Source of the DNA: an uncultured Desulfobacter sp.
Lineage (GTDB): Bacteria > Desulfobacterota > Desulfobacteria > Desulfobacterales > Desulfobacteraceae
DNA: 64,000 bases
NCBI GenBank assembly: GCA_963665095.1
Contig: OY762069.1
Location: 224,001-288,000 of the forward strand
Reading direction: 5' to 3'
The notes below the pieces were generated by a model, which was given only the letters and a program-made list of their open reading frames with translations, was not told the DNA's origin and did no database searches. Below are positions 38,884 through 47,273 of the stretch, one piece after another. Every line of letters begins with the position of its first letter. The stretch's first letter is position 1. Made by a program: the position numbers and the translations under genes.

Positions 38884-40131
38884 TCAAATTCCGCTGAATG
38901 CCTCCAGACGGGTTAAGATATTGCGGCTGTCCTCTTCCACATAATCTGTTTCGATTCGTAAAAATTTATACCCCTCCTGCTTCAGCTTCTGTTCCAGGCT
39001 CAAACTTTCAATATCAAAGGGATGGCACCCCTTGAGTACATGAAAGACCACCCCCCGGATGCGGTGCTGTTCCAGGGTGTTGAGAATGCTGTTGATCCTT
39101 CGTTCATTGTCCGCAAAGGTAGGGCAGATGCAGGCCCTGTGATACCGCTGGGACAATGCCTTGATCAGCCCGTGAAAAGAGCTGTCGTCATAACAGACGC
39201 CGCCGGGCCAGATCCGTTCGGATGTGCACAGATCATCGGCAAACACATCCATTCCGGCCGATTCGATCAAATCAAGAAGTTTATAGTTGGGGAAAACAAT
39301 GGGGGAACCGGCCAGGAAAAGGCCCTGGGGTAAAGGCTGAAAGGAACTTTCTTCAAGGCCGTCTAACAGTTTTTCAACCTGTTCGGTCCAGATTTCCACC
39401 GGGTCCATCATGAAGCTGTTGATCACCACCATAAACCAGATGCCGGAAAGCAGGCCCCTGCGTCGCAGGTCAATAAGCTTGCCCATAGTCTTCCATGCCT
39501 GCATAAAGGTCTGCACCGATGCCTTCAGGGTTTTACGTTTCAGCTTTCTGCCGGTTTGATTTTCCAGAAAATCCACCAGGCCGTACATCTCTTCCAGCCA
39601 TCGCTGCTGCCCTTTTTCATTTTCACGCAGATGGGGCAGCTCAAGAAAACAGGTTTTTTCAACCGTATCTGCCATCTCCGGAAATTTAACCACCCAGTCA
39701 CAGGTGGTCGGTACCACCTGAGGCAGTGCATCGGTACGGGTGTCATTGTGTAACTCGAGCATTCCCATGGTGGCCTTGAGATAGGGGCACATGAGAACGG
39801 GCAGACGGGAAGAAGATACCCGCACAACATTGAATGATCCGCTGCCCAGCCGGACGGGGTGCACCCCCATGGCATGGAAGAGTTCAAAGGGCGCCTGATT
39901 GCATAAATGCGCCACCACCGGGCGGCCTGTTGCCTCACCTATTGCGTTTGGATAAAGGGCGCGCATGAGCAGATCGAGAAAATAGGTCATCTGGGGACAA
40001 AAGTCCCTGCGCTGCTCCAGCCGGGACCGGGCTCTTTCAAATTCCGCCCGGGTGTCTCTGCTGATTTTTGTCAACTGCCGCTGTCTGCGCTGATTGGATT
40101 TTGGGTCTGCTTTTTTATCTTTATTGTCCAT
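38884..40131 (-). CDS. 2-hydroxyacyl-CoA dehydratase-fold Fe-S protein, double-cubane reductase-like
   Basis: Cys sets in both halves: LCNQAPFE, MCPYLK, TTCD and DDLCT, ACICP, GCHPF; C-terminal LRIETDY..TRLEAF. Confidence 0.8.
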   Translation of the reverse strand: MDNKDKKADPKSNQRRQRQLTKISRDTRAEFERARSRLEQRRDFCPQMTYFLDLLMRALYPNAIGEATGRPVVAHLCNQAPFELFHAMGVHPVRLGSGSFNVVRVSSSRLPVLMCPYLKATMGMLELHNDTRTDALPQVVPTTCDWVVKFPEMADTVEKTCFLELPHLRENEKGQQRWLEEMYGLVDFLENQTGRKLKRKTLKASVQTFMQAWKTMGKLIDLRRRGLLSGIWFMVVINSFMMDPVEIWTEQVEKLLDGLEESSFQPLPQGLFLAGSPIVFPNYKLLDLIESAGMDVFADDLCTSERIWPGGVCYDDSSFHGLIKALSQRYHRACICPTFADNERRINSILNTLEQHRIRGVVFHVLKGCHPFDIESLSLEQKLKQEGYKFLRIETDYVEEDSRNILTRLEAFSGI

Positions 40132-41077
40132 GGGGCACCTTTTTTGGGGTAAACCGGCGGGTCATATAGTTACGGGAAGAGGAAAACAGCCGCCACTTAA
40201 AAAATTTTACCTGCAGCACCTCATCCTCCGGGCAGGCCTCTGTACAGGTCATGCACAACAGGCAATCCTCACTGAGGACATCTTTACCCGTTTTCTGTTC
40301 ATGGACGGTTCGGATATCCATGGGGCACATGCGGTGGCAGTTTCCGCAGCCGGTGCATCCCGACACCTTTTTCTGGAACCGGATCGGACTGAGTTTCCTG
40401 AAAATATGAATAAGGACAAGCAGGGGGCAGAACAGGCAGAAAAACCGTTCCTTAAAGAACATGCCCACCACCATTCCGCCGGCGATGCCCACTGAAAGGA
40501 TGGAAAAGACCAGGGTGACCGTGTTGGTGAAATCCAGTGCCAGATGGTGGGTATGGCCGATAAACAGCGGCATCAGGGGCTTTGCCGGACAGATACTGCG
40601 GCAGAACGGCAGATGAAGATCATTGTGCCAGCCGGCATGGGCGATAAGTAAAGGGATGATCAGGGTGTAAGCCAGCAGAATCCATTTGATGACCATAAGG
40701 CGGTCTTTTGTCAGCCAGGAGAACTGGGCCTCGCGAATTCCCAGCCAGCGACGAAGATAGGTAAACCAGTCCTGCAGGGTACCAAAGGGACAGATCCAGC
40801 CGCACCAGTATTTGTTCAGGAGGATGACCAGCAGGATGAAAACCCCTAAATGGGAGAGCAGCTGCAGCCCCATGACGCTGGTGAGGTTGTCCCAGGACAT
40901 CTGCAGGCCCCACCAATTGCCCTGCAGGGCCATCAGATAACAGCCTCCGCCGCATCCGAATACATAGGGACAGCTGAAACAGGGCAGAGAATTGCCCAGG
41001 CTGACGCCGAAGCGGCCGCCGTAAGTCAGCACGACAAACATGAGATGCTGGGTGATCAGGCGTAGATTGGTAACCAT
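40121..41077 (-). CDS. Membrane 4Fe-4S binding protein (NapH/FixG/NosR-like)
   Basis: WCGWICPFG, FCRSICP, FCLFCP, CTGCGNCHRMCP, CLLCMTCTEACP; ATG 41077 overlaps the upstream TAA. Confidence 0.85.
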   Translation of the reverse strand: MVTNLRLITQHLMFVVLTYGGRFGVSLGNSLPCFSCPYVFGCGGGCYLMALQGNWWGLQMSWDNLTSVMGLQLLSHLGVFILLVILLNKYWCGWICPFGTLQDWFTYLRRWLGIREAQFSWLTKDRLMVIKWILLAYTLIIPLLIAHAGWHNDLHLPFCRSICPAKPLMPLFIGHTHHLALDFTNTVTLVFSILSVGIAGGMVVGMFFKERFFCLFCPLLVLIHIFRKLSPIRFQKKVSGCTGCGNCHRMCPMDIRTVHEQKTGKDVLSEDCLLCMTCTEACPEDEVLQVKFFKWRLFSSSRNYMTRRFTPKKVPHGQ

Positions 41078-41970
41078 TATATCCACCTGTGTTTTCGGTT
41101 GAATATCGTCAAAATAGAAAATACCAGAACCGTGGCGCAAAAAAGTATCAGTCCGGGTTTCAGCCGGTTGTGGGCCAGATAGGCCCTGTGCAGGAGCAAT
41201 GTCCGGGTAGTGGCGTATTCCTGGTCTGCAAAGGATTCTTCAACCAGCACAACGGTTTGCTTGCAGTCGTAGGGACCGGAATTATCCAGCTTTGGATCAT
41301 GGGGCGCTGTATAGGAAAAGGTGTCGGCGCTGGATACGGAAAGCCGGGCAACCTGCCCCTGCTCCTCTATGATCGAAACCGAACCGATCATTTTACCTTT
41401 GGGTGCATACATGAAGGTGTAGGGCAGCCCGGTCATCATATAGGTTACGCGTGATTTTGATGTCAGTCTGAGTTGCGGCAGATTCCAGGGCAGTTGGGCC
41501 GATCCCTGTTGAACCTGCGCTTCGTGCGGGGCTTTGCCGAATATAGGATGGACCACATGGGCCAGGAGTTGTTTCGGGCCGCAGGAGGCTGTCACATATA
41601 CTTCCGCAATATTGTTGCCCTGGGATGTGATGGTGAAGCCGAGCCCATCTTGATCACGAACTACCGGGGCGGTAAAATAGCCCTCCCTGGGGGAGAACAG
41701 ATCAAATCCATAGGGGCGTGTCTTGGGCCTGGACCTTATCCGGAACCGATATATGGCCGTGCAATCTCCCGGAACCAGCCCGCCCGGGTCCATATCCCGG
41801 CTGTAACGGATATAATAATATTGGGTCAACGCGCCGTTTTTATGCCGGCACTGATGGGCGCAATTGATCCAGATATACTGCGGACACAGGTTAGAGGTTT
41901 CGGGCGGTAAACTGGAAATTGCCGCTGCCGGTAAAAATATAATGAAAACAATCATCAGAATGTTTCTCAT
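41077..41970 (-). CDS. Hypothetical exported protein with a C-terminal membrane anchor
   Basis: Signal-like MRNILMIVFIIFLPAAA, C-terminal TM helix then NRKHR; translationally coupled to the next gene. Confidence 0.7.
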   Translation of the reverse strand: MRNILMIVFIIFLPAAAISSLPPETSNLCPQYIWINCAHQCRHKNGALTQYYYIRYSRDMDPGGLVPGDCTAIYRFRIRSRPKTRPYGFDLFSPREGYFTAPVVRDQDGLGFTITSQGNNIAEVYVTASCGPKQLLAHVVHPIFGKAPHEAQVQQGSAQLPWNLPQLRLTSKSRVTYMMTGLPYTFMYAPKGKMIGSVSIIEEQGQVARLSVSSADTFSYTAPHDPKLDNSGPYDCKQTVVLVEESFADQEYATTRTLLLHRAYLAHNRLKPGLILFCATVLVFSILTIFNRKHRWI

Positions 41971-42070
41971 GTTGATGCCTTTCTTCAGCCCCTGCTTCTG
42001 CCCGGGGTTCCCGGTTGAAACGCCGGCTGACAATGCCCCGGGGCCTTTGCCATCACCCCAGGCAGGGAGA

Positions 42071-42108
42071 CGGCAGAACCGTCCAAAAAGGAGATATCGG
42101 TTCTGCCG
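42071..42108. other. Intercistronic stem-loop downstream of the TonB receptor gene
   Basis: Perfect 11-bp inverted repeat cggcagaaccg...cggttctgccg with no adjacent U-tract. Confidence 0.6.
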
Positions 42109-42148
42109 CTCAATTAAAAATGCAGCATTGTCATCACATATTTTTTGG

Positions 42149-44128
42149 TCAATAGGTCAGGTTCAACCCTGCGTAGAAACCAATGCCCGGACCCGTGTAC
42201 CCGTACATGGACTGGTACTTTTCATTCGTAAAATTTTCAATCCTGGCTGTAAGCTGAAGCCAGTCCATGAAGTCGTAGGAGATCTTGGTGTTAAATATCA
42301 ACTGGGCCGGAACCACAGGATAACTGTCTCCCAGTTTTGCGGCGTAACGTTTCCCCTTGTACTGCGCGGACACATTCCAGTTAAATTTTTCCCACGGTGT
42401 GTAATTGATGGAGCCGCCACCGGTGTGTTTAGGAATGTGGGTCCTCTGCCGGTCTAAAGAGTCATCAATGGATTCCTGGTAAGTATAGTGGAGATTGAGC
42501 GTCAATTCGGGAATGACACGCCAGCTCAGGGAGGTCTCCAGACCGTCTGTCGTAACACCTTCAACGTTGTAAAATTGAGTTTGACCGTTGATCCTAGCAG
42601 TTCCGATCAAATTCGTAATGTCATTGTGAAAATAGGCAATGGAAAGGGCCAGCCTGTCATCAAGCAGATACTGGTCAATGCCGATATCAAAAGACTTGCT
42701 CTTTTCGGGTTCAAGGTCCTCATTTCCATAACCATAGGGATAGTACAGCTGCAGGAGGCTGGGTGCCTTAAATCCCGTGCCATAGCTGGTTCTAATTTTT
42801 GTCCCGGTATTGTCAAAAAAATAGGCAGCTGAAACCTGGTACGTTGTGGCGGATCCGAAATTTTCGTGTTCATCGTACCGCAATCCTGTCGAGATATTTA
42901 TATTATCCGTAGGCGTCCAGTGGTTGCTGACAAATCCGCTTGTTGTATAGGCACTCTCATTGTTGATCGGTATCGAAGAACCGGAATTCATCCTTGCCTC
43001 CTCCTGGATGTAGTCAATACCGGCCGTGAGGGTGTCCCTGTCACCGAGAAAAAAATTATTCTGCCAGGAAGCTGTCTGGGTGGTGCCTTCATAACTATAC
43101 TTAAATTTCTCGATTTCCGTAGAGGCATCATAATATTCCGCTTCGTTGTTGGTGTTCCCCACCTTCAGGGAACTGGTCCACCATTTACTGATATCCTGAT
43201 CCAGGTGAGCGCTTATGATAAGCATTTCGTTATACATTATATCGTAACCATCCCTGCCAAGACCGGTGATCGGATCGGGTGAGTCGTCAGTCTCCATACT
43301 GGTGTCTGAGTAATATGCGGTAAGTCCCACTTCCGTCTTATCCGTGATCCGCGCGTTGAGCTTTCCTGAAAGGGATGTGTTGCCGTACTCATCTTCTTCC
43401 TGTTCCGGGCTGTCCGCCTTTGACAGGCCGCTAATGTCCGTCCGGGTTGCCTGGAGGCTGTAATCTAATATAGCATTGCCTCCCCTGACTCCCAGATTCT
43501 CCTTAAAGGTCTCAAAGGACCCCCCTTCAAAACCGGCAGTAACTGTAGGTTTACCCTTTCCCTTTTTGGTGATGATATTGATAACGCCTCCCATGGCATC
43601 GGAGCCGTACAATACACTTTCAGCCCCTCGAACCACTTCGATACGTTCAATATTGTCTGTCCCCAGATAGGCCAGACTCAGGGCGTTGCTTGTGGAACCG
43701 GGATTCTGCACCCGGACGCCGTCAATCATAACAAGGGTTTTGCCGTTGGCGGCACCGCGGACATACATGTATTCCGCACCGCCGGGAGGACCGTAGGAAC
43801 TGATAGTTACTCCCGGAACATCATTCAGCACATCAATAACGGACTGGGTGCCCTTTTGCTGAATTTCCACATCGGTGATGACCGTCACCGATTTTGTTAC
43901 CATGCGCAGGGATTCCTCCACACGGCTGGCTGTAATCACCACCTCATCCAACTTTAGCGTGTCGTCCTCTGTCTCCTCCTGGGTTTTGTTATTTGCTTCC
44001 ATTTTTTGGGTTTCGCTTTTTGACGTTGTCTCATCCTGATCTGCGCCAACGGCAAAAGCCGGAATTAACAGCAGCCACAATACTCCTAACATTGACGACA
44101 ACAACTTGTTTCCGCAGATTGACTTCAT
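42149..44128 (-). CDS. TonB-dependent receptor (BtuB-like), first gene after riboswitch 2
   Basis: TonB-box-like DEVVITASR, IERIEVVRGAESVLYGSDAMGGVINIITK, GTGFKAPSL, GNEDLEPE, terminal GLNLTY. Confidence 0.93.
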   Translation of the reverse strand: MKSICGNKLLSSMLGVLWLLLIPAFAVGADQDETTSKSETQKMEANNKTQEETEDDTLKLDEVVITASRVEESLRMVTKSVTVITDVEIQQKGTQSVIDVLNDVPGVTISSYGPPGGAEYMYVRGAANGKTLVMIDGVRVQNPGSTSNALSLAYLGTDNIERIEVVRGAESVLYGSDAMGGVINIITKKGKGKPTVTAGFEGGSFETFKENLGVRGGNAILDYSLQATRTDISGLSKADSPEQEEDEYGNTSLSGKLNARITDKTEVGLTAYYSDTSMETDDSPDPITGLGRDGYDIMYNEMLIISAHLDQDISKWWTSSLKVGNTNNEAEYYDASTEIEKFKYSYEGTTQTASWQNNFFLGDRDTLTAGIDYIQEEARMNSGSSIPINNESAYTTSGFVSNHWTPTDNINISTGLRYDEHENFGSATTYQVSAAYFFDNTGTKIRTSYGTGFKAPSLLQLYYPYGYGNEDLEPEKSKSFDIGIDQYLLDDRLALSIAYFHNDITNLIGTARINGQTQFYNVEGVTTDGLETSLSWRVIPELTLNLHYTYQESIDDSLDRQRTHIPKHTGGGSINYTPWEKFNWNVSAQYKGKRYAAKLGDSYPVVPAQLIFNTKISYDFMDWLQLTARIENFTNEKYQSMYGYTGPGIGFYAGLNLTY

Positions 44129-44166
44129 TTCGATTCCCCTTAAAACATTTAGATAAACGATTGGAC

Positions 44167-44203
44167 AAAAAAAAATCCCCGCGTTTTTTTAAACGCGGGG
44201 ATA
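44167..44203 (-). terminator. Riboswitch expression platform: intrinsic terminator
   Basis: On the - strand: atccccgcgttt-aaaa-aaacgcggggat followed by T8. Confidence 0.85.
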
Positions 44204-44275
44204 CCGTTTTTTATCCCTTTAACCAATTGTCTTCAGCAGAACACTCTACACCCGAGAGATTTCCGCTATGACGAT

Positions 44276-44466
44276 CCCAGGCAGGTCTTCTGGCTTCCTT
44301 CCTTTTTGCCTGCCTTCCCATTCGATCTTTCTCGAACAGTGGCATATTTCGGCTAAAAAGGACTCTTTTTAATAATATAAATTAAAAAAGAGTAACGGTT
44401 ACAGCGGCGGGTCCACCCCCGAATTTCACGGGGTTCCCTATTAAGTCCTTTCAGACACCTGAAATC
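44276..44466 (-). ncRNA. Cobalamin (B12) riboswitch
   Basis: Reverse complement: caggtg..AATAGGGAAccccgtgaaattcgggg..CCCGCCGCTGTAA...GCCACTG...GGGAAGG...AGCCAGAAGACCTGCC. Confidence 0.95.
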
Positions 44467-44475
44467 CATACAAGT

Positions 44476-44542
44476 TTGAGGATAGCATATAGAATAATTA
44501 TTTTTGATCTGTCAAGATAATTGTTTTACATGCTATCCTCAA
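44476..44542. promoter_or_regulatory. 67-bp imperfect palindrome spanning the putative sigma70 promoter of the - operon
   Basis: Outer 13 bp perfect (ttgaggatagcat / atgctatcctcaa); TTGACA on the - strand at 44515-44510. Confidence 0.65.
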
Positions 44543-44684
44543 TTGGGATGCGCATCGGCAAACAAGATGTAAGCAGCCTGAAGTCTCCTGCCAGATGCTC
44601 GAGTTCGGCAATGCCTGACGAAGGCGAGCTGGATGCCATTGGGCAGTCCGGCAATGTGGTTGAGTCAGCCATGGAAGCTGATGC

Positions 44685-44905
44685 GTTTTGTCAATATGTC
44701 ATTTATCTGTAGCCTGCTTGGAAAGCCGCCTTAACTTTTATGTTTTGAACAGGTTTTCAACATGACCTGTTATGTTTTGAACATGTTTCCGATTGTGCGT
44801 TTTCAACGGTTTTATACGTTTTGAACATGTTCTGATCATGGTTTTCAACATGGTTTTCAACACCCGGTTCTTTTATTTGACGCTTTTTGAACATACTTAT
44901 GAACA
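44685..44905 (+). repeat. Right copy of the 221-bp direct repeat with about 10 TTWTSAACA-like 9-mers
   Basis: Same start, internal and end blocks as 1694-1914. Confidence 0.85.
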
Positions 44906-45244
44906 CGAATGTGACTCCTCAGTTTTGCGGTATGAAGTATCACAATTCAGGGTGCAAGGCCGACATCTGGCAAAACAGGCATGAGCATATTTCATTCCGG
45001 GGGAAACCCGAATAATACAGTATGCTTTAAAGGGGCATTGCAGATCAGCCCTTGCAGGAAACACCAGATGCAGCCATTTACCCTGAGGCCTGGCACAGGC
45101 ACCGGAAAAACGATACCATCCAAATCATGATAAAAACCATCCTGAGATTGCCCAGGCAGTTTCCGCACCTGATTCGGCCAGAATAGGGTGTTCACCCCAT
45201 AGGCCTTTCAGGTTGATCATGACGCTGGCAACGATTACACTGCA

Positions 45245-46420
45245 ATGCTGAGAAACCGTTACTTTAACCCAGTCAGGGGACCTATTTCCGTGAAGATTCA
45301 TAATGAACAGACCAAAATAGTTTACGATACAAATATTGTTGATTATATCAAAGAGCTCAAGCCCAAAAGGGTGTGTGTGACCAGTGACCCGTTCATGCTT
45401 AAGCTCGGGGTGGTTGCGCCCCTTGAACAATATTTCAAAACCAGTAACATTCCCTATAAAATTTTTTCAGATGTAAAGCCCAACCCCAGTCAGGCCCTTG
45501 TTACCGAAGGACTGGCTCATATCTTTGACACCAAGCCCAGCCTGATCATTGCCGTGGGTGGTGGCTCGGCCATTGATCTTGCCAAGGCCATCATGTACTT
45601 CTGTCTTCAGATCAAGACAGGTTTTATTGCAGAAGATGAACTGGTAAAACCTGTCTTTATCGCCGTGCCTACCACGGCCGGAACCGGCTCTGAAGTCACC
45701 AATTTCGCGGTGATCACCGATGACGAAACCGGTGCCAAGCAGGTGATCCGGTCCGATCTCATGCAGCCGGATGCAGCGGTGCTTGATGTTGATCTTACCA
45801 TGACCGCACCGCCCCACATTACCGCCGATACCGGATTTGATGCCCTGACCCATGCCATTGAGGCGTATGTCTCACGGGTGAGTACCCCGTTTTCAGATGC
45901 CTATGCCCTGCAGGCGGCTCAGATGATTTTTGATAATCTGGTGCCGGCCTTTGTCAGCAAAGACCGGGAAGCCAAACGCAACATGCAGCTGGCCGCCAGC
46001 ATTGCAGGTCTGGCTTTTAACCATTCCGCCCTGGGCCTTAACCACAGTATTGCCCATGCCGCGGGGGCCATTTTTCACCTGCCCCACGGCCGGGCCAACG
46101 CCCTGATCCTGCCGGCACTCATGCGGTTTAACATGAAAGATGAACCCACATTGAACCGGTACAGCCAGATGGGCAAGGCCCTGGGCTTTGTATTTGAAAC
46201 GCCTGGGAAGACAGCTGCCGCCCTTGTGCGGGCCGTGGAAATTCTAAAAAAAATGCTCGAACTGCCGGCCGGGTTTGCAGACATCGGTATAGACCGGAAG
46301 CAGCTGGAGGCTGAGCTCTCTGTGATTGCCCAGGAGGCTGTCAATGACTACTGCACCCCGGGCCACCCCTTTGAGGTGACAAAGGATGATGTAAAAAGTA
46401 TCGTCAGAACTCTGATTTGA
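45245..46420 (+). CDS. Iron-containing alcohol dehydrogenase (PduQ/EutG-like)
   Basis: GGGSAID, PTTAGTGSEVT, DALTHAIE, HSIAH, PHGRANA. Confidence 0.92.
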   Translation: MLRNRYFNPVRGPISVKIHNEQTKIVYDTNIVDYIKELKPKRVCVTSDPFMLKLGVVAPLEQYFKTSNIPYKIFSDVKPNPSQALVTEGLAHIFDTKPSLIIAVGGGSAIDLAKAIMYFCLQIKTGFIAEDELVKPVFIAVPTTAGTGSEVTNFAVITDDETGAKQVIRSDLMQPDAAVLDVDLTMTAPPHITADTGFDALTHAIEAYVSRVSTPFSDAYALQAAQMIFDNLVPAFVSKDREAKRNMQLAASIAGLAFNHSALGLNHSIAHAAGAIFHLPHGRANALILPALMRFNMKDEPTLNRYSQMGKALGFVFETPGKTAAALVRAVEILKKMLELPAGFADIGIDRKQLEAELSVIAQEAVNDYCTPGHPFEVTKDDVKSIVRTLI

Positions 46421-46593
46421 TTTCCTGTCCTTCCTGCGGGGGGATCAAACTGTTTTTGGGAGCAGACATCTGGATGGTGCGCATATATCTGCCCGAGTAC
46501 CGTCCATTGCAATAATGCGACTCATAAGTGTTTTAAGGGTGTTCTTTTACGATGCCTTCTGAACTAACTTGCTGAATATATGACTTATTTATT

Positions 46594-46610
46594 TGGGTAT
46601 GTATTTTGCA
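46594..46610 (+). promoter_or_regulatory. Putative sigma54 (-24/-12) promoter
   Basis: GG-N10-GC spacing in tgGGtatgtatttTGCa, about 57 nt upstream of ATG 46668. Confidence 0.45.
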
Positions 46611-46667
46611 TATACCTTCTGAACGTATAGGGGACAGTCATTAATTCTGAAAACTACAGGAGGAAAT

Positions 46668-47240
46668 ATGAAAGTAGCCGTCAGTGCTTATGGAGATACC
46701 CTGGAGGCTGAAATTAACCCCAGGTTCGGCAGGTGCGACTATCTGGTCATTGTGGATACCGATACAATGGCATTTGAATCGTATCCCAACACAAATAATC
46801 AATTATCCGGCGGGGCCGGCATCCAGACGGCAACTTTTGTGATCTCTCAGGGTGCCCAGGCCATCCTGACCGGCAGCTGCGGTCCTAAAGCCATGGATGT
46901 GTTTAACTCAGCCAATATTCCGGTTTATCCGGGCCAGGCCGGAACCGTGGTCCAGGCTGTGGCGCGGTTTAAAAATAATGAGCTGGCATCCACTTCCCAG
47001 GCCACAGCCCCGGAAAAGGCCGGCATTAATCCGGGGTTTAACACCAGCCAGTCCAGGGCGGAAAACAATCCGTTTATTCCCGGCATGGGAGGTGGCGGTG
47101 GCAGAGGTATGGGCGGCGGCCGTGGTATGGGAGGCGGCAGAGGCCTTGGCGGTGGCCGCGGCATGGGCGGCGGTGGCGGCAGAGGCATGGGAGGCGGCCG
47201 TGGTATGGGCGGCGGCAGCGGTATGGGCCGGGGACGTTAA
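46668..47240 (+). CDS. NifB/NifX-family (FeMo-co binding fold) protein with a Gly/Arg-rich tail
   Basis: PRFGRC, GAGIQTA, LTGSCGPKA; (GGGRGM)n tail; RBS aggagg. Confidence 0.85.
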   Translation: MKVAVSAYGDTLEAEINPRFGRCDYLVIVDTDTMAFESYPNTNNQLSGGAGIQTATFVISQGAQAILTGSCGPKAMDVFNSANIPVYPGQAGTVVQAVARFKNNELASTSQATAPEKAGINPGFNTSQSRAENNPFIPGMGGGGGRGMGGGRGMGGGRGLGGGRGMGGGGGRGMGGGRGMGGGSGMGRGR

Positions 47241-47273
47241 TGTTGGAATATGCGTAAGCAAAAGGAGGCAGCT

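Noticed and set aside
40320..40360. CGNCH as a heme-c motif client for CcsA/ResB
   Set aside because: It is part of a CxxCxxCxxxCP ferredoxin motif.
44519..45240. Short ORFs in the spacer right of the island
   Set aside because: No RBS or motif support; several merely overlap the repeat.
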